A stretch of 64,000 bases of DNA from Polyangiaceae bacterium (GTDB taxonomy: Bacteria; Myxococcota_A; Polyangia; Polyangiales; Polyangiaceae): positions 864,001 through 928,000 of the forward strand of contig CBDCTZ010000015.1 of NCBI GenBank assembly GCA_965222375.1, given 5' to 3'. Below, in pieces: positions 49,424-59,136 of the stretch (positions are counted from its first letter, which is position 1; each line of letters starts with the position of its first letter). Made by a program: the position numbers and the translations under genes. The notes below the pieces were generated by a model that worked only from the letters and a program-made list of their open reading frames with translations, was not told the DNA's origin and made no database searches.

Positions 49424-50866
49424 TCAGGGGAATATACCCTGGCCCGGAGTAAGGGTTCCATTGGGATCGTACTTGTTTTTCAGCCAGTTCACCAAAGGCC
49501 ATGCATAGTCGTAGTGGGCAGCCCAGTCACTCGGCTCGAAGGGAATGCTGCTGATGGGGTAGCGCTTGCCGCCCACCGCCGCGGCGGCGTCAAAGATGCT
49601 GCGGTTGAGATCGACGAGTGCCTCTGGGACGCCAGGGACCGGTGGGGCGGTGCGCAGGATGTCGAAGATGAAGATAAACTCCTCGTTCGGAACGCGGAAC
49701 AAGGGCTTCGTGAGGCGACTGCGCTTGAAGGGATAGAGCAGAATCGGGTCTTGGGTGTCCGTTGGAACACTGGCCAGGGCAGTGGTCGCGATGCTCGCGG
49801 TCTGGCTCGCTGGCAGGAACAGGTCGAGCCATGGGTGCGGGAACTCCCAGACACCAATCTGCTTGAGGAACGCAATCACGGGTTCCAGGCGCCGCAGCCA
49901 CTGTTCGTACCCCTGATCCTGGATCGCCGAGGAGGTGAAGGACAGATCCGAGGTGAGCGCCGTATCGTCCGGTGTATTGGGGCTAGTGTACCACACGGCC
50001 CCTTCAATCATGTATTGGAAGCCCCCTTGCCCATCGGGCAGCACCTGCCCCTCCAAATAGCTGAAGCGCTCATCGCCAGCGCAGGTCACCTGGTCGGCGA
50101 CGAACTGGTTGATGTCGTTGTAGTAGAGCTGATAGATGCGTGCGCTTTGCTCCGCCGGCTCCAGCGCGACGGCTGCGCGCGTGATGATGCCGTATTGACC
50201 CAACCCGCCGAGCACTGCGTTGAACAGGTCCGGGCGCTTCCAGGGTGAGCAAGTCACATGCTTTCCACGGCCTGTAACCACCTCTAGCTCGAGTACATTG
50301 TCGATCTGTGCGCCGGCTCGATGGGTGACGCCGCCCATGCCGCCAACGGACAGCGTGCCTCCGATGGAAAGGTCCAAGTAGTCGGTGAGCACGGGCGGGG
50401 TCAGCCCTTGCGGTACGGACGCCGTAATCAGCTCATTCCAGGTCACGCCTGCATCGACCACTGCGCGGTTGTTGTGAATGGCGTGGATCGTGTTCTGAGT
50501 GCGAGAGTCGATGACGATGCCGCCATCGACCTGCGCCTGGCCGTAAGTGGCGTGTCCCTGACCGCGCATCGCAACCTTGATCCCGTGTTTGTTCGCATAC
50601 TTGACCATCTTGCGGATGTCTTTGGTCGAACCCGGGCGCAGCACGGCAATGGGCGTTCGGGAGATAATATGGCCGTGGTCATCGGCCGCCTCAGCCAGGG
50701 CGGCGGGGTCGACGGTCAGCTCGCCGTCCAGGGGCGGGACGGGCGGGCCGCCACCATGGGAGGCGTGCGCAAGGGTGATCCAAGAGCGCTCGAGGGGGTT
50801 GAAGGCGACCACGCTGGCGGCAGCGAGCCCGGTTAGCAGGTAGCGTCGATGGATCTTGTTGCTCAT
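49424..50866 (-). CDS. FAD-linked oxidoreductase, cytokinin dehydrogenase-like, with probable Tat signal
   Basis: HRRYLL signal; RGQGHA; TDYLDLSIGGTLS; PHPWLDLF; YDPxxxLTPGQGIF; GAGGAGG RBS. Confidence 0.85.
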   Translation of the reverse strand: MSNKIHRRYLLTGLAAASVVAFNPLERSWITLAHASHGGGPPVPPLDGELTVDPAALAEAADDHGHIISRTPIAVLRPGSTKDIRKMVKYANKHGIKVAMRGQGHATYGQAQVDGGIVIDSRTQNTIHAIHNNRAVVDAGVTWNELITASVPQGLTPPVLTDYLDLSIGGTLSVGGMGGVTHRAGAQIDNVLELEVVTGRGKHVTCSPWKRPDLFNAVLGGLGQYGIITRAAVALEPAEQSARIYQLYYNDINQFVADQVTCAGDERFSYLEGQVLPDGQGGFQYMIEGAVWYTSPNTPDDTALTSDLSFTSSAIQDQGYEQWLRRLEPVIAFLKQIGVWEFPHPWLDLFLPASQTASIATTALASVPTDTQDPILLYPFKRSRLTKPLFRVPNEEFIFIFDILRTAPPVPGVPEALVDLNRSIFDAAAAVGGKRYPISSIPFEPSDWAAHYDYAWPLVNWLKNKYDPNGTLTPGQGIFP

Positions 50867-51020
50867 TTTACCTCCTCGAAAAACCCCCCATTAACGCATA
50901 CAAGAGTCCCGAAAAAAACCTTCCCCGTCAACGTGGGTGGCACACTGCAGGTAGCGCACCTGCAACTACATTGGCTCTAGCCTCTTGCAATCTAAGCGCA
51001 GTGCCGGAATAAAGAGGTGC

Positions 51021-51446
51021 ATGCTTGAGAGGGTGGAGTCCTCCAATGGGGAGGAGGGATGGAAATCGGGGCGAGGGGAACTCAGGATCGTACATCCTGC
51101 CCCTGGGCTCGTGGTGTTTCGCGAAACGGGGTTCCTTACAGCCGACTTCGCCGAGCACGTGGAGCGGCACAGCAATCAGGCTGCCGAGCGTGCCAGCAAG
51201 ATTCAGATCTTCGTCGATGCCTACGACCTCGTTGGATATGATCCTGAGATTCGAAACTCGGCAACGAGTTGGCTCAAGGCCCATATGGACGTCGTGGACG
51301 CTCAGCATATGTTAGTCAACTCTCGGTTGACCAAGATGGGCCTGACCGTCGCAAGCCTAGCGCTGGGTGGAGTGATCAAGGGCTATCACACGCGACAACC
51401 CTTCGAAAACGAACTTGCGGCAGCAATCCGTCGAGCCCGCCCGTAG
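51021..51446 (+). CDS. Hypothetical protein (STAS/SEC14-like)
   Basis: IFVDAYDLVGYDPEIR..., ~141 aa. Confidence 0.55.
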   Translation: MLERVESSNGEEGWKSGRGELRIVHPAPGLVVFRETGFLTADFAEHVERHSNQAAERASKIQIFVDAYDLVGYDPEIRNSATSWLKAHMDVVDAQHMLVNSRLTKMGLTVASLALGGVIKGYHTRQPFENELAAAIRRARP

Positions 51447-51484
51447 CGAATGCTTGGTTGACCTCAGCTCTGCACGCGTATTCG

Positions 51485-52165
51485 ATGGCGCGCATGAGTG
51501 ACGCCAAACGTCGAGCGGCAGAGGCCGCGCTGGAGTTGTTGCCGGAGAGCGGCGTCATCGGATTGGGCACGGGGTCGACAGCGACCCTGTTCATCGATGG
51601 CGTAGGGTGTCTGGTCAAAGAGGGCCGCAAGCTAGTGGGGGTGCCGACCAGTGCTCAGAGCCACGCACAGGCTGAGCGGTTGGGCATTCCTCTCTTGGAT
51701 CCGGACGGACCGTGGGAGATCTTGGTCACCGTCGACGGAGCTGACGAGGTGAGCGCAGAGCTCAACCTGATCAAGGGTGGCGGCGCCTGCCACGCGCGGG
51801 AGAAGATCGTCGCCGCGGCGTCGAAACAGAACGTGATCGTCGTGGATGAAAGCAAAATGAGCCAAAAGCTCGGTGAGCGCTGGGCCGTGCCAGTGGAAGT
51901 GCTGGAGTTTGGTCACGTTGCGACAGCAAAGCTCCTCGAGCAATTCGGTCAACCCGTGTTGCGTATGAAGGGCGGAGCGCGAGTGCTCACGGACGCGGGC
52001 AACCCCATCTACGATTTGAAGGTGGGCGTCATCGACGACCCTGGTGGACTGGAGCGCTCCCTCGCGCGGCTGCCTGGAGTCGTTGAGAGCGGGCTCTTCG
52101 TCGGTCGAGCCACCACGGTACTGGTCGCGGGCGCCGAGGGCGTGAAACGCCTAGACCGAAGTTGA
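51485..52165 (+). CDS. rpiA: Ribose-5-phosphate isomerase A
   Basis: GLGTGST, DGADE, KGGG, PVEV and GVVESGLF motifs. Confidence 0.95.
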   Translation: MARMSDAKRRAAEAALELLPESGVIGLGTGSTATLFIDGVGCLVKEGRKLVGVPTSAQSHAQAERLGIPLLDPDGPWEILVTVDGADEVSAELNLIKGGGACHAREKIVAAASKQNVIVVDESKMSQKLGERWAVPVEVLEFGHVATAKLLEQFGQPVLRMKGGARVLTDAGNPIYDLKVGVIDDPGGLERSLARLPGVVESGLFVGRATTVLVAGAEGVKRLDRS

Positions 52166-52191
52166 GTAGGCGCGCAACGGGCCGACACTGT

Positions 52192-52845
52192 CTACGCTTC
52201 ATTCGCGGGTGGTGGGTACACGTGTCCGCTACCGGTGCGTCGCGCTGCGAGAAAGCGCAGTGCATTCTCAAGCGTGGCAAACCACCGGAGTCCACTCGCC
52301 CGTACGGTTTCGAAGTCCACCAGCCTCGTGAGCGGAAGTTGGTCCAGGGTCTCTTTATATATCCGACCTTTCGGCATGTTCATGGAAAGCCAGCCCTTCG
52401 CGTCGCGGCGTGCGCTGGGATCGGCGTTGTATGCGGCGCTCCGCGTGATCCCGGGCCTCTTCACGCCGCTCGGGCCCACTAGTTCCTGACCTCTTATTGT
52501 GGAGAGCGACGCCAAGAATAGCGACTCGTATTCACGATATGCGAGCACAACGGCAGCCGGGATGGGCAAGTGCATTTCGTGTATCACACGTGCGAGTCGG
52601 GGAGCGTCATTATGCGGGCACCCGTCATCGCTATCTCGGATTAGGAGAAGCATCTCCGCGTCTGGCTTCCCTCGCACTTGCTCGCACGCCTGACGTACTC
52701 CGTCGTCGGTCGTGATCCGCCTCGGTCGAATTGGCTGAGCCCAGTTCGCGTCTGGAAGGCCGAGATCCCGCCAAAGCCTAGTTAGGAGGTTCACCACCGC
52801 ATTAACTTCGCCGTGTCCTTCAACGAGTATGTAGCCGCGTCCCAC
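52192..52845 (-). CDS. DUF4276-type TOPRIM-like protein
   Basis: ILVEGHGE, DSDD, EYESLFLA; starts immediately after the ATPase stop. Confidence 0.7.
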   Translation of the reverse strand: MGRGYILVEGHGEVNAVVNLLTRLWRDLGLPDANWAQPIRPRRITTDDGVRQACEQVRGKPDAEMLLLIRDSDDGCPHNDAPRLARVIHEMHLPIPAAVVLAYREYESLFLASLSTIRGQELVGPSGVKRPGITRSAAYNADPSARRDAKGWLSMNMPKGRIYKETLDQLPLTRLVDFETVRASGLRWFATLENALRFLAARRTGSGHVYPPPANEA

Positions 52846-52846
52846 G

Positions 52847-53986
52847 CTATTCTCCGGCAACGGGCAGCTCTTGCTGGAGTCCTTCACTGGTCAGAACTTC
52901 GCCAAGCGTCATCAGTCCTCTTTTCACGGATGACTGCTGTGCCGCGCTGATTCGCCGAACAGTCGTGCCGCTCGCATTGCGTTGAACTGCGCGAACGCAC
53001 TCGGGAGAGACAAGATCCAAGAACTCAGGACTATGAGTAGTAACGATGACCTGGCTTCGTTCTGTAGCCTGCTTCACAAAGTCGTAGATCAACCCTAGTG
53101 CACCTGGATGGACCGTCAGCTCTGGTTCCTCAATCGCGATAAGCGAAGGTGCTGGTTCCTGAAGCAACGCAGTGACAATGCCAGCCACTCTGAGCGTTCC
53201 GTTGGACTCCTGCCCTGCATCGAACCACTTCGTCCGCTTCTTCTCGTTCGAATCGGAGGGCTTCCCGTGGCGAAATCGGGCTGTCAGGAAACCCCCGACG
53301 GGCCGAACGTCAGCGTCATCAATGTCACCAGTCAATTGATGGAGCACAGAAACCAGTTCTGGATGCCAACTCTCCTTTGGTTGATCTCGCAAGATGCTGA
53401 CCCAGTTGTCACCGAGCCGTTCCATAGGCTTGCGCGGATCATACGGGTGCGGGCGGCGGAGGGCATCCGGGAAAATATCATAAGCCGCCATGTTACCGAG
53501 CGCACTTGCGAGTGGCGCGAAACGTTCGTCGCCAGCAACCAACGTCAACGCGAGCGCTGTATCGCTCAGTTTCGGGCTGATTCCAGGTGGCGCCTCGCGC
53601 CACTGGCCATTCTCCACCGCGTAAGCACTGCGCTCCGTCCCGGACATCAGCTCCGCGCGCTCGGACTTGACCTGATAGTCAGCGGCACTAGAGCCCGCGA
53701 GGGTGAAAGAGAAATGCGCTTGGTGCCCTTGCAGGCTCAGGTCAGCACCTAACTCAACATTGAACGGCCTTCCAGAACTCCACCGCCTGACCGCTGCGAT
53801 CCCGCTCCTCTTGGTAACCGCACCGTCCAATCCCAGGTGCATGCAATCAGCAAGGAACTGGAGCGCGTCGACGAGATTGCTCTTCCCCGCGCCGTTGGGT
53901 CCGACCAATACGGTCAGCGGTTCGAGGTCGAGAGCAACTCCTGCCGCGATGCTGCGGTAGTTGGAAATCCGTAGCCGCCTGAGCAT
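52847..53986 (-). CDS. ABC-type (AAA_21/AAA_15-like) ATPase
   Basis: Walker A GPNGAGKS, signature ESNGT, Walker B IEEPE, H-loop TTHSP. Confidence 0.9.
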   Translation of the reverse strand: MLRRLRISNYRSIAAGVALDLEPLTVLVGPNGAGKSNLVDALQFLADCMHLGLDGAVTKRSGIAAVRRWSSGRPFNVELGADLSLQGHQAHFSFTLAGSSAADYQVKSERAELMSGTERSAYAVENGQWREAPPGISPKLSDTALALTLVAGDERFAPLASALGNMAAYDIFPDALRRPHPYDPRKPMERLGDNWVSILRDQPKESWHPELVSVLHQLTGDIDDADVRPVGGFLTARFRHGKPSDSNEKKRTKWFDAGQESNGTLRVAGIVTALLQEPAPSLIAIEEPELTVHPGALGLIYDFVKQATERSQVIVTTHSPEFLDLVSPECVRAVQRNASGTTVRRISAAQQSSVKRGLMTLGEVLTSEGLQQELPVAGE

Positions 53987-54116
53987 GACCGTCAGCCTAC
54001 CTCAGACCCGCTCACAAGGCAGACCCAGCACAGCAACGGACGGCAATCCCGTGTGAAACGTGCAGGTCAAGAGCGCCTTCCGGTGGTAACTGAAAATCGT
54101 GTGATAGCCTCGTCTC

Positions 54117-55040
54117 ATGCGCTTTCTCGGCGGTTTCGCGCCCATCGCCCTTGCGCTGACGCCGCTAGGCATCACAACACCCGCGCAAGCGGCGGATTCG
54201 TCAACCCTGGGCAGCGTCGAGTTCTTCGGCACCACGGCCTCCGTCGGCGTCTACGCCGACATCTCTGGAGATGACGATGGCGACGCCACGGCCTGGGTCG
54301 AATACCGCGTCGCAGGCAGCGGGAGCTACGTGCGCGGGCACGACTTGATGCGAATCGCTGCGGGGCGCTGGGCCGGCGCAGTGTTCTTCCTCGAGGCGAG
54401 CAAGAGCTACGACGTTCGCGTCGTCCTCGACGACCCGGACAATAGTGGACAACTCACCTCGGACCAGACCACGAGCACGCGCGCCGACGCACCGGCAACA
54501 TCAACCAGCGACCTGTGGGTCGATGCCGCCACGGGCAAAGACTCGAACCCGGGCACCCAAGCCGCGCCTTTTGCGACCATCCAAGCTGCCGCCGACAAGG
54601 CAAAGCCCGGCGACAAGGTGCGTGTCAAACCTGGCGTGTATCGAGAAAGCGTCACTCCACCGACCGCAGGCACGGAGGTCGCGCCGATCTGGTTCGTCGC
54701 AGAGGGCGCGGGCGTCGCGGTGGACGGCTCGGACCCGGCGCTCGAAAAGCCGACCTGGCAAAGTGAAGGCGGCGGTGTGTACTCCACGGCCTTCTCCGGC
54801 CAGAGCGAATATGTCGCCGCCGATGACGCGCGGCTCTACGACTACCAAAGCCTGTCAGACTTGCAGAACGCTGCTGCCGGGTTGCCCGGTGGTGGCTCCA
54901 ACGCATCAGGGGGCGGCGGGGACGACGACGGCGGCTGTGGCTGTCGAGTGCCCGCGGGCAGTGGCTCCCCAGCCCTAGGCTTTGTGTCCGCACTTCTTCT
55001 CTTCGGGGTGGCACGCCGAAGGCGCCACCGCCACCGCTGA
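54117..55040 (+). CDS. Secreted protein with Fn3-like + DUF1565/beta-helix start and MYXO-CTERM-like tail (probably internally deleted)
   Basis: Signal AQA; GKDSNPGTQAAPFATIQAA, PGDKVRVKPGVYRE; GCGC + TM + RRRR. Confidence 0.7.
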   Translation: MRFLGGFAPIALALTPLGITTPAQAADSSTLGSVEFFGTTASVGVYADISGDDDGDATAWVEYRVAGSGSYVRGHDLMRIAAGRWAGAVFFLEASKSYDVRVVLDDPDNSGQLTSDQTTSTRADAPATSTSDLWVDAATGKDSNPGTQAAPFATIQAAADKAKPGDKVRVKPGVYRESVTPPTAGTEVAPIWFVAEGAGVAVDGSDPALEKPTWQSEGGGVYSTAFSGQSEYVAADDARLYDYQSLSDLQNAAAGLPGGGSNASGGGGDDDGGCGCRVPAGSGSPALGFVSALLLFGVARRRRHRHR

Positions 55041-55155
55041 GCATTCGGCAAGAAAAGGGGCTCGGCAACCGCTCAAACTGAACGCTTCTGTCGACTAAGG
55101 GTTTAGAGCAGGCACGCGAAGACGCGCGCGGCTCAGCCTGCAGCGAGGTGTGAAT

Positions 55156-55683
55156 ATGATGCGGCATCTGATCTGGATGTTAGTGGTGGGATCCGTCTGC
55201 TCTTGTGGCAAGACAGAAGGAGTCGGCGACCCATGTGTGCCGGAGGACGAAGCCAACGCCGACTTCGCCGGCTTCTCGATCAACGAGGTCAGCGTCGAAT
55301 CGCGGTCTTTCCAATGTGAGAGCCGCATTTGCCTGGTGAACCATTTCCAGGGCCGCGTCGGCTGTCCCCTAGGCCAGGCCGAGGGTGGCGGCGGCTGCAA
55401 GACCGCCACCGGTGACCCAGTCACCGTCTCCGTCAAGCCGTGGAACGCCAACCGCCCCGCACGAAGCACCGTCTACTGCTCTTGTCGCTGCGACGGACCC
55501 GACCCCGACGCTCGATACTGCGAATGCCCCAGCGGATTCAGTTGCGAACCCCTGGTCGACGACCTGGGACTCGGCTCGAGCGAGCTCGCGGGTTCCTACT
55601 GCATCGCGGACGGGACACGCTTTGAGCCCGGCGACGAGGTCGGCGACGTCTGCACCAGCTCGAGCCACCCGGCGTGCCAATGA
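55156..55683 (+). CDS. Cys-rich lipoprotein (possibly distant CglC-like)
   Basis: Lipobox VCSC; VGDPC...CESRIC...YCSCRC...YC pattern. Confidence 0.6.
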   Translation: MMRHLIWMLVVGSVCSCGKTEGVGDPCVPEDEANADFAGFSINEVSVESRSFQCESRICLVNHFQGRVGCPLGQAEGGGGCKTATGDPVTVSVKPWNANRPARSTVYCSCRCDGPDPDARYCECPSGFSCEPLVDDLGLGSSELAGSYCIADGTRFEPGDEVGDVCTSSSHPACQ

Positions 55684-55741
55684 GCTGCTCCCCAGTGCTA
55701 CCCTTGCCGCCACCGCGCCCGGAAACCTGGCGACGATTCGC

Positions 55742-56455
55742 TCACTGATCGTGACACTGCATGGCGATGTTCACGGCCCGTTTCCGCATCGCCTTGGAAG
55801 CGTCCTTGGCGAGAATTGCTGCGCTGATGGCGGTTGCGCGTTTGCAGTCCCCCCGGGCGACTGCGAGCTGGGCCAACCCTAGCTCAGCCTTGATTCGCGT
55901 ATTGGGGTCCTTTTGATCCGCCAGTTCGGCCAGGGCACGCTGCGCACTGCCCGAGTCACCGTCAGCCAGCGCTTCACGTACAGCCCGCCAGCGCGTCTCG
56001 GTGTCGAGCTTCGAGTTGGCTCGGACCTTCGAGTTCACGAGGGCTGTGGGCGTTCGGGCTCCCGGCTTCACCCCAGCGGAAGCGGATCCCTGGGGCTCGG
56101 ACAGGACGTCGGGGGAGAGCTTCGGCGCCTCGGGCTCTACCTGGGTCAGGGCGCGCGCAGCTGCACCTTGGCCAACACTCACCGTGTCACCCAGGGGCGG
56201 CACCGGCGGGTCGCCGAGCAAGGCGAAGCGACTGCTTTCGCCCGACGCCCATGCCAAACCCGCACCAAGCACGATGAAGATCACGGTGAGCTTGCCCGCC
56301 TGCCGACTGAAGGAGCGCCGCCGAGCCGAGCGCAAGCGCGGACGAATACGCCGCACCGCACCCTCGGTATCTGCCTCGGTCGGCACCGCCGCCGACCAAG
56401 CCTCGCGGGCGACTGCGAGTGCGCGTTCTTCTTTGGAGGAGAGCTCTTGGGTCAT
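55742..56455 (-). CDS. Putative membrane anti-sigma factor with C-terminal TPR-like helices
   Basis: Single TM helix; ATGA overlap with the sigma gene stop. Confidence 0.6.
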   Translation of the reverse strand: MTQELSSKEERALAVAREAWSAAVPTEADTEGAVRRIRPRLRSARRRSFSRQAGKLTVIFIVLGAGLAWASGESSRFALLGDPPVPPLGDTVSVGQGAAARALTQVEPEAPKLSPDVLSEPQGSASAGVKPGARTPTALVNSKVRANSKLDTETRWRAVREALADGDSGSAQRALAELADQKDPNTRIKAELGLAQLAVARGDCKRATAISAAILAKDASKAMRKRAVNIAMQCHDQ

Positions 56456-57045
56456 TTCTGTTCTCCTCCGAACAGAGGATCGATGCTGAGCCGCTCGCCG
56501 AGCTTCTTGCGCGCGTCACGAAGCCGCGAGCGCACCGTGCGTTCGTTGGCACCGACGATCTCGGACACTTCCTTGAGGGCCATACCCTCGAACTCGACCA
56601 ACACCACCACGGCACGCTTCTTTGCCGGCAGCGTATCCAGGGCCGCGTGCAGCCGCCGCGCGCGCTCCAATTGCAAAAGTGCGGCGTCCCCGTCCCAGTC
56701 GGATTTGCGACGATCGAGTTCGGCACTGTCGCTTGGAACGAAACGTTTCCGGAAGCGACTACGCCATCGGTCATTGTCGACGACGGTCCGATAGGCGATT
56801 GTGTAGGTCCATGTCGTGAGTGCACACCGACCATCAAAACGTTTGAGGGACTTCAGGGCTCGCTCGGCCGCGGCCTGCACCAAGTCGTCCAAATCCTGGC
56901 GGGGCCCGGCCAGCGCCGCGACCTGGCGATACAATATGGCGAGCAGCTCCGAGGCGCAGGGCAGCTCTCGGGTGCGGACCGAAGGCAGGCCTATCGCCCC
57001 CTCCTCGGCGCCAGCCACCGTTGCTACCAAGCCATCGTCAGACAT
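56452..57045 (-). CDS. ECF RNA polymerase sigma-70 factor
   Basis: DLDDLVQ, FDGRCALTTWTYTIA, region 4 EGMALKEVSEIVG...TVRSRLRDAR. Confidence 0.9.
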   Translation of the reverse strand: MSDDGLVATVAGAEEGAIGLPSVRTRELPCASELLAILYRQVAALAGPRQDLDDLVQAAAERALKSLKRFDGRCALTTWTYTIAYRTVVDNDRWRSRFRKRFVPSDSAELDRRKSDWDGDAALLQLERARRLHAALDTLPAKKRAVVVLVEFEGMALKEVSEIVGANERTVRSRLRDARKKLGERLSIDPLFGGEQK

Positions 57046-58054
57046 GAGCCTCTCGCAAATATTAGTCGATCGGGAAGCAGGGCAGGATCGGTGCCCCTGG
57101 CAAAAGCCGACAAAGCCGCGAAAACCACCGACAACAGCGGCTCTGGCGCTGACCCTACTCACATGCCTCGCCGCCACCGCTGCGACGGATGCTCCCAGTG
57201 TCAGCACGACCTGCGCGGAGCTGAGCGACGACGAGGCGGACGAGTTGGCGTCGAGGCTCCAGCTGACGCTGGCTGCGGCCAAGGGGACCGAAGCGGAGAT
57301 GCCCCGCAGCGTTGTGGTGGCATGTGACAAGAAGCGCGCCTGGGTGATCTGGGACCTACCGCCCGCCGAAGTGCTGCCCGTCCAGCCTGGGCGGCGCTTC
57401 ACCGAATCTGTGATCGAAGCCGTGGAGGGCCGCTTGCAGCGAGTTGCTCCACCGCCGACTCCGCCGGCAGCGATCCCTGCGAAGCCAGCACCACAAGCGC
57501 CTGCACCGACGACTTTGGATGCACCGGCTCCGGTCGCCGCGCCCTCCACTGCAGCGACCCCAAGACCGCAGGTCACGCGACAGTTCACCCACGGCGGCCT
57601 GAGTCTGGGCGCCTCGGTCGAGATCCTCCCAGAACCGTTCACACCACCCCTGGGTGGCCGCTTCGAAGTGGGCGTGGGCGTGGGCCTCGTCAGCATCATC
57701 CTGAGCGAAAGCGTGCGCACAGGGTCGGGCCCCGCAGGAGAAACCTTTGGTTTCGACGTCGGCGGCGGCGTGGCCTGGGGCGCGCCCTTCGACGTGCGCT
57801 ACAACGTCGGAGCGAAGGCCTTGATCGGCGTGGACTGGTTCGAGTCCGAGCGCGCCAGTGGCGTCGCGGAACTTGGCCTTCGCGGCGCGCTCTACGCCGG
57901 CGACTACGCTCTGTGGCTGGGCATCGACGGGCGCTACCGCATGGGTCCTCAAAGCTTCGGCAGCCCCGTGAATGTCAAACTGCCGCACCTGTCAGGGCTC
58001 ATCACCGTCGGCGGCGCCCTGCTGGTCAAGGTCAGTCGCCGCTCCGGAGAGTGA
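57044..58054 (+). CDS. Exported protein with Pro-rich linker and C-terminal beta-barrel-like region (start uncertain)
   Basis: Hydrophobic signal-like segment; alternating Gly/hydrophobic strands in the C-half. Confidence 0.6.
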   Translation: MSLSQILVDREAGQDRCPWQKPTKPRKPPTTAALALTLLTCLAATAATDAPSVSTTCAELSDDEADELASRLQLTLAAAKGTEAEMPRSVVVACDKKRAWVIWDLPPAEVLPVQPGRRFTESVIEAVEGRLQRVAPPPTPPAAIPAKPAPQAPAPTTLDAPAPVAAPSTAATPRPQVTRQFTHGGLSLGASVEILPEPFTPPLGGRFEVGVGVGLVSIILSESVRTGSGPAGETFGFDVGGGVAWGAPFDVRYNVGAKALIGVDWFESERASGVAELGLRGALYAGDYALWLGIDGRYRMGPQSFGSPVNVKLPHLSGLITVGGALLVKVSRRSGE

Positions 58055-58176
58055 GCCAGGCCGCAGGCGCCAACGCGATGCGCGGCCCTTGGGGTTGTGC
58101 ACGCTCAGTTGGCGCCGCAAGCGAAGTCGCAGTGCCGTGATCGCCTGAACTCGCCAATGACAGCGAACGTGTTAAT

Positions 58177-59136
58177 GTGTGGGTAATGGTATCGCCGCGG
58201 CTGCTGGGAACTACGTGGGTTGCCCTGAGCTGTGCTGTCGCTTGTTCGGCGAAAGATCTGGATGAGTTCAACGCGGGGGGCGGAGCCACCGGTGTGAGTG
58301 GTGGTGGCAACTCGGGTGGCGGCGCAGGAGCGTCGTCCGGTGGTGGCGGAGGCGTCGCCGGCAGCGTGACCGGCGGCAGCAGTGGCGTTGGGGCGACCGG
58401 CGGCAGCGGTGGGGCGACCGGGGGCGGCGCTGGCGTTGGCGCAACGGGAGGCATCGGAGGATCTGCGGGTGGCAGTGGCGCGACGGGCGGCGTCGGCGGC
58501 GCTTCGGGCGGAGCGGGCGGCAGTGGCGGCGCATCAGGCGGAGCGGGCGGCAGTGGCGGCGCTTCGGGAGGAGGAGCAGGTGGCGCTTCGGGCGGAGCGG
58601 GTGGCAGTGGCGGCTGCGGCGCACCAACGATCACGAACTGGAGATCCCCCGGCAAAGCGGTGGACGTCGATGGTGGCGCGGCCTGGTCATCGGAGCTGAA
58701 CATCGCCAAGAGCGACGACAAGCACGCCGAGGCAAAGATCGTCGGAACCGGCAACACCAAGGTCCTCAATGCCTCCGCCTATGGTTTCCAGATTCCCACC
58801 GGAGCCAAGATCTTGGGAATCGAGGTGTCCATCGAACGTTCCGCAAGCGTCATGTCCGCTGTTCAGGATATCGGCGTACGACTCGGAACCAATGGCTCCG
58901 CCCAGAGCATGGTCAAGAAGAAGAGCCAAGACTGGCCCACGACCGACGCCTACGGGATCTACGGCTCCGCCACCGACACCTGGAACTTCGCCGGCCTGAC
59001 ACCAGCCGTGATCAACTCCCCGACCTTCGATACCTACTTCGCCGGGCGCTGCTACGACCCGCTCAATTGTGCCTCGGGCGTCGAAGTACGAGTGGATCAC
59101 ATCCTCATGCGCATCGCATATCAACTGTGCAACTAA
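58177..59136 (+). CDS. Lipoprotein with long Gly linker and beta-sandwich C-terminal domain
   Basis: Lipobox AVAC; GASGGAGGSG repeats; IPTGAKILGIEV. Confidence 0.75.
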   Translation: MWVMVSPRLLGTTWVALSCAVACSAKDLDEFNAGGGATGVSGGGNSGGGAGASSGGGGGVAGSVTGGSSGVGATGGSGGATGGGAGVGATGGIGGSAGGSGATGGVGGASGGAGGSGGASGGAGGSGGASGGGAGGASGGAGGSGGCGAPTITNWRSPGKAVDVDGGAAWSSELNIAKSDDKHAEAKIVGTGNTKVLNASAYGFQIPTGAKILGIEVSIERSASVMSAVQDIGVRLGTNGSAQSMVKKKSQDWPTTDAYGIYGSATDTWNFAGLTPAVINSPTFDTYFAGRCYDPLNCASGVEVRVDHILMRIAYQLCN

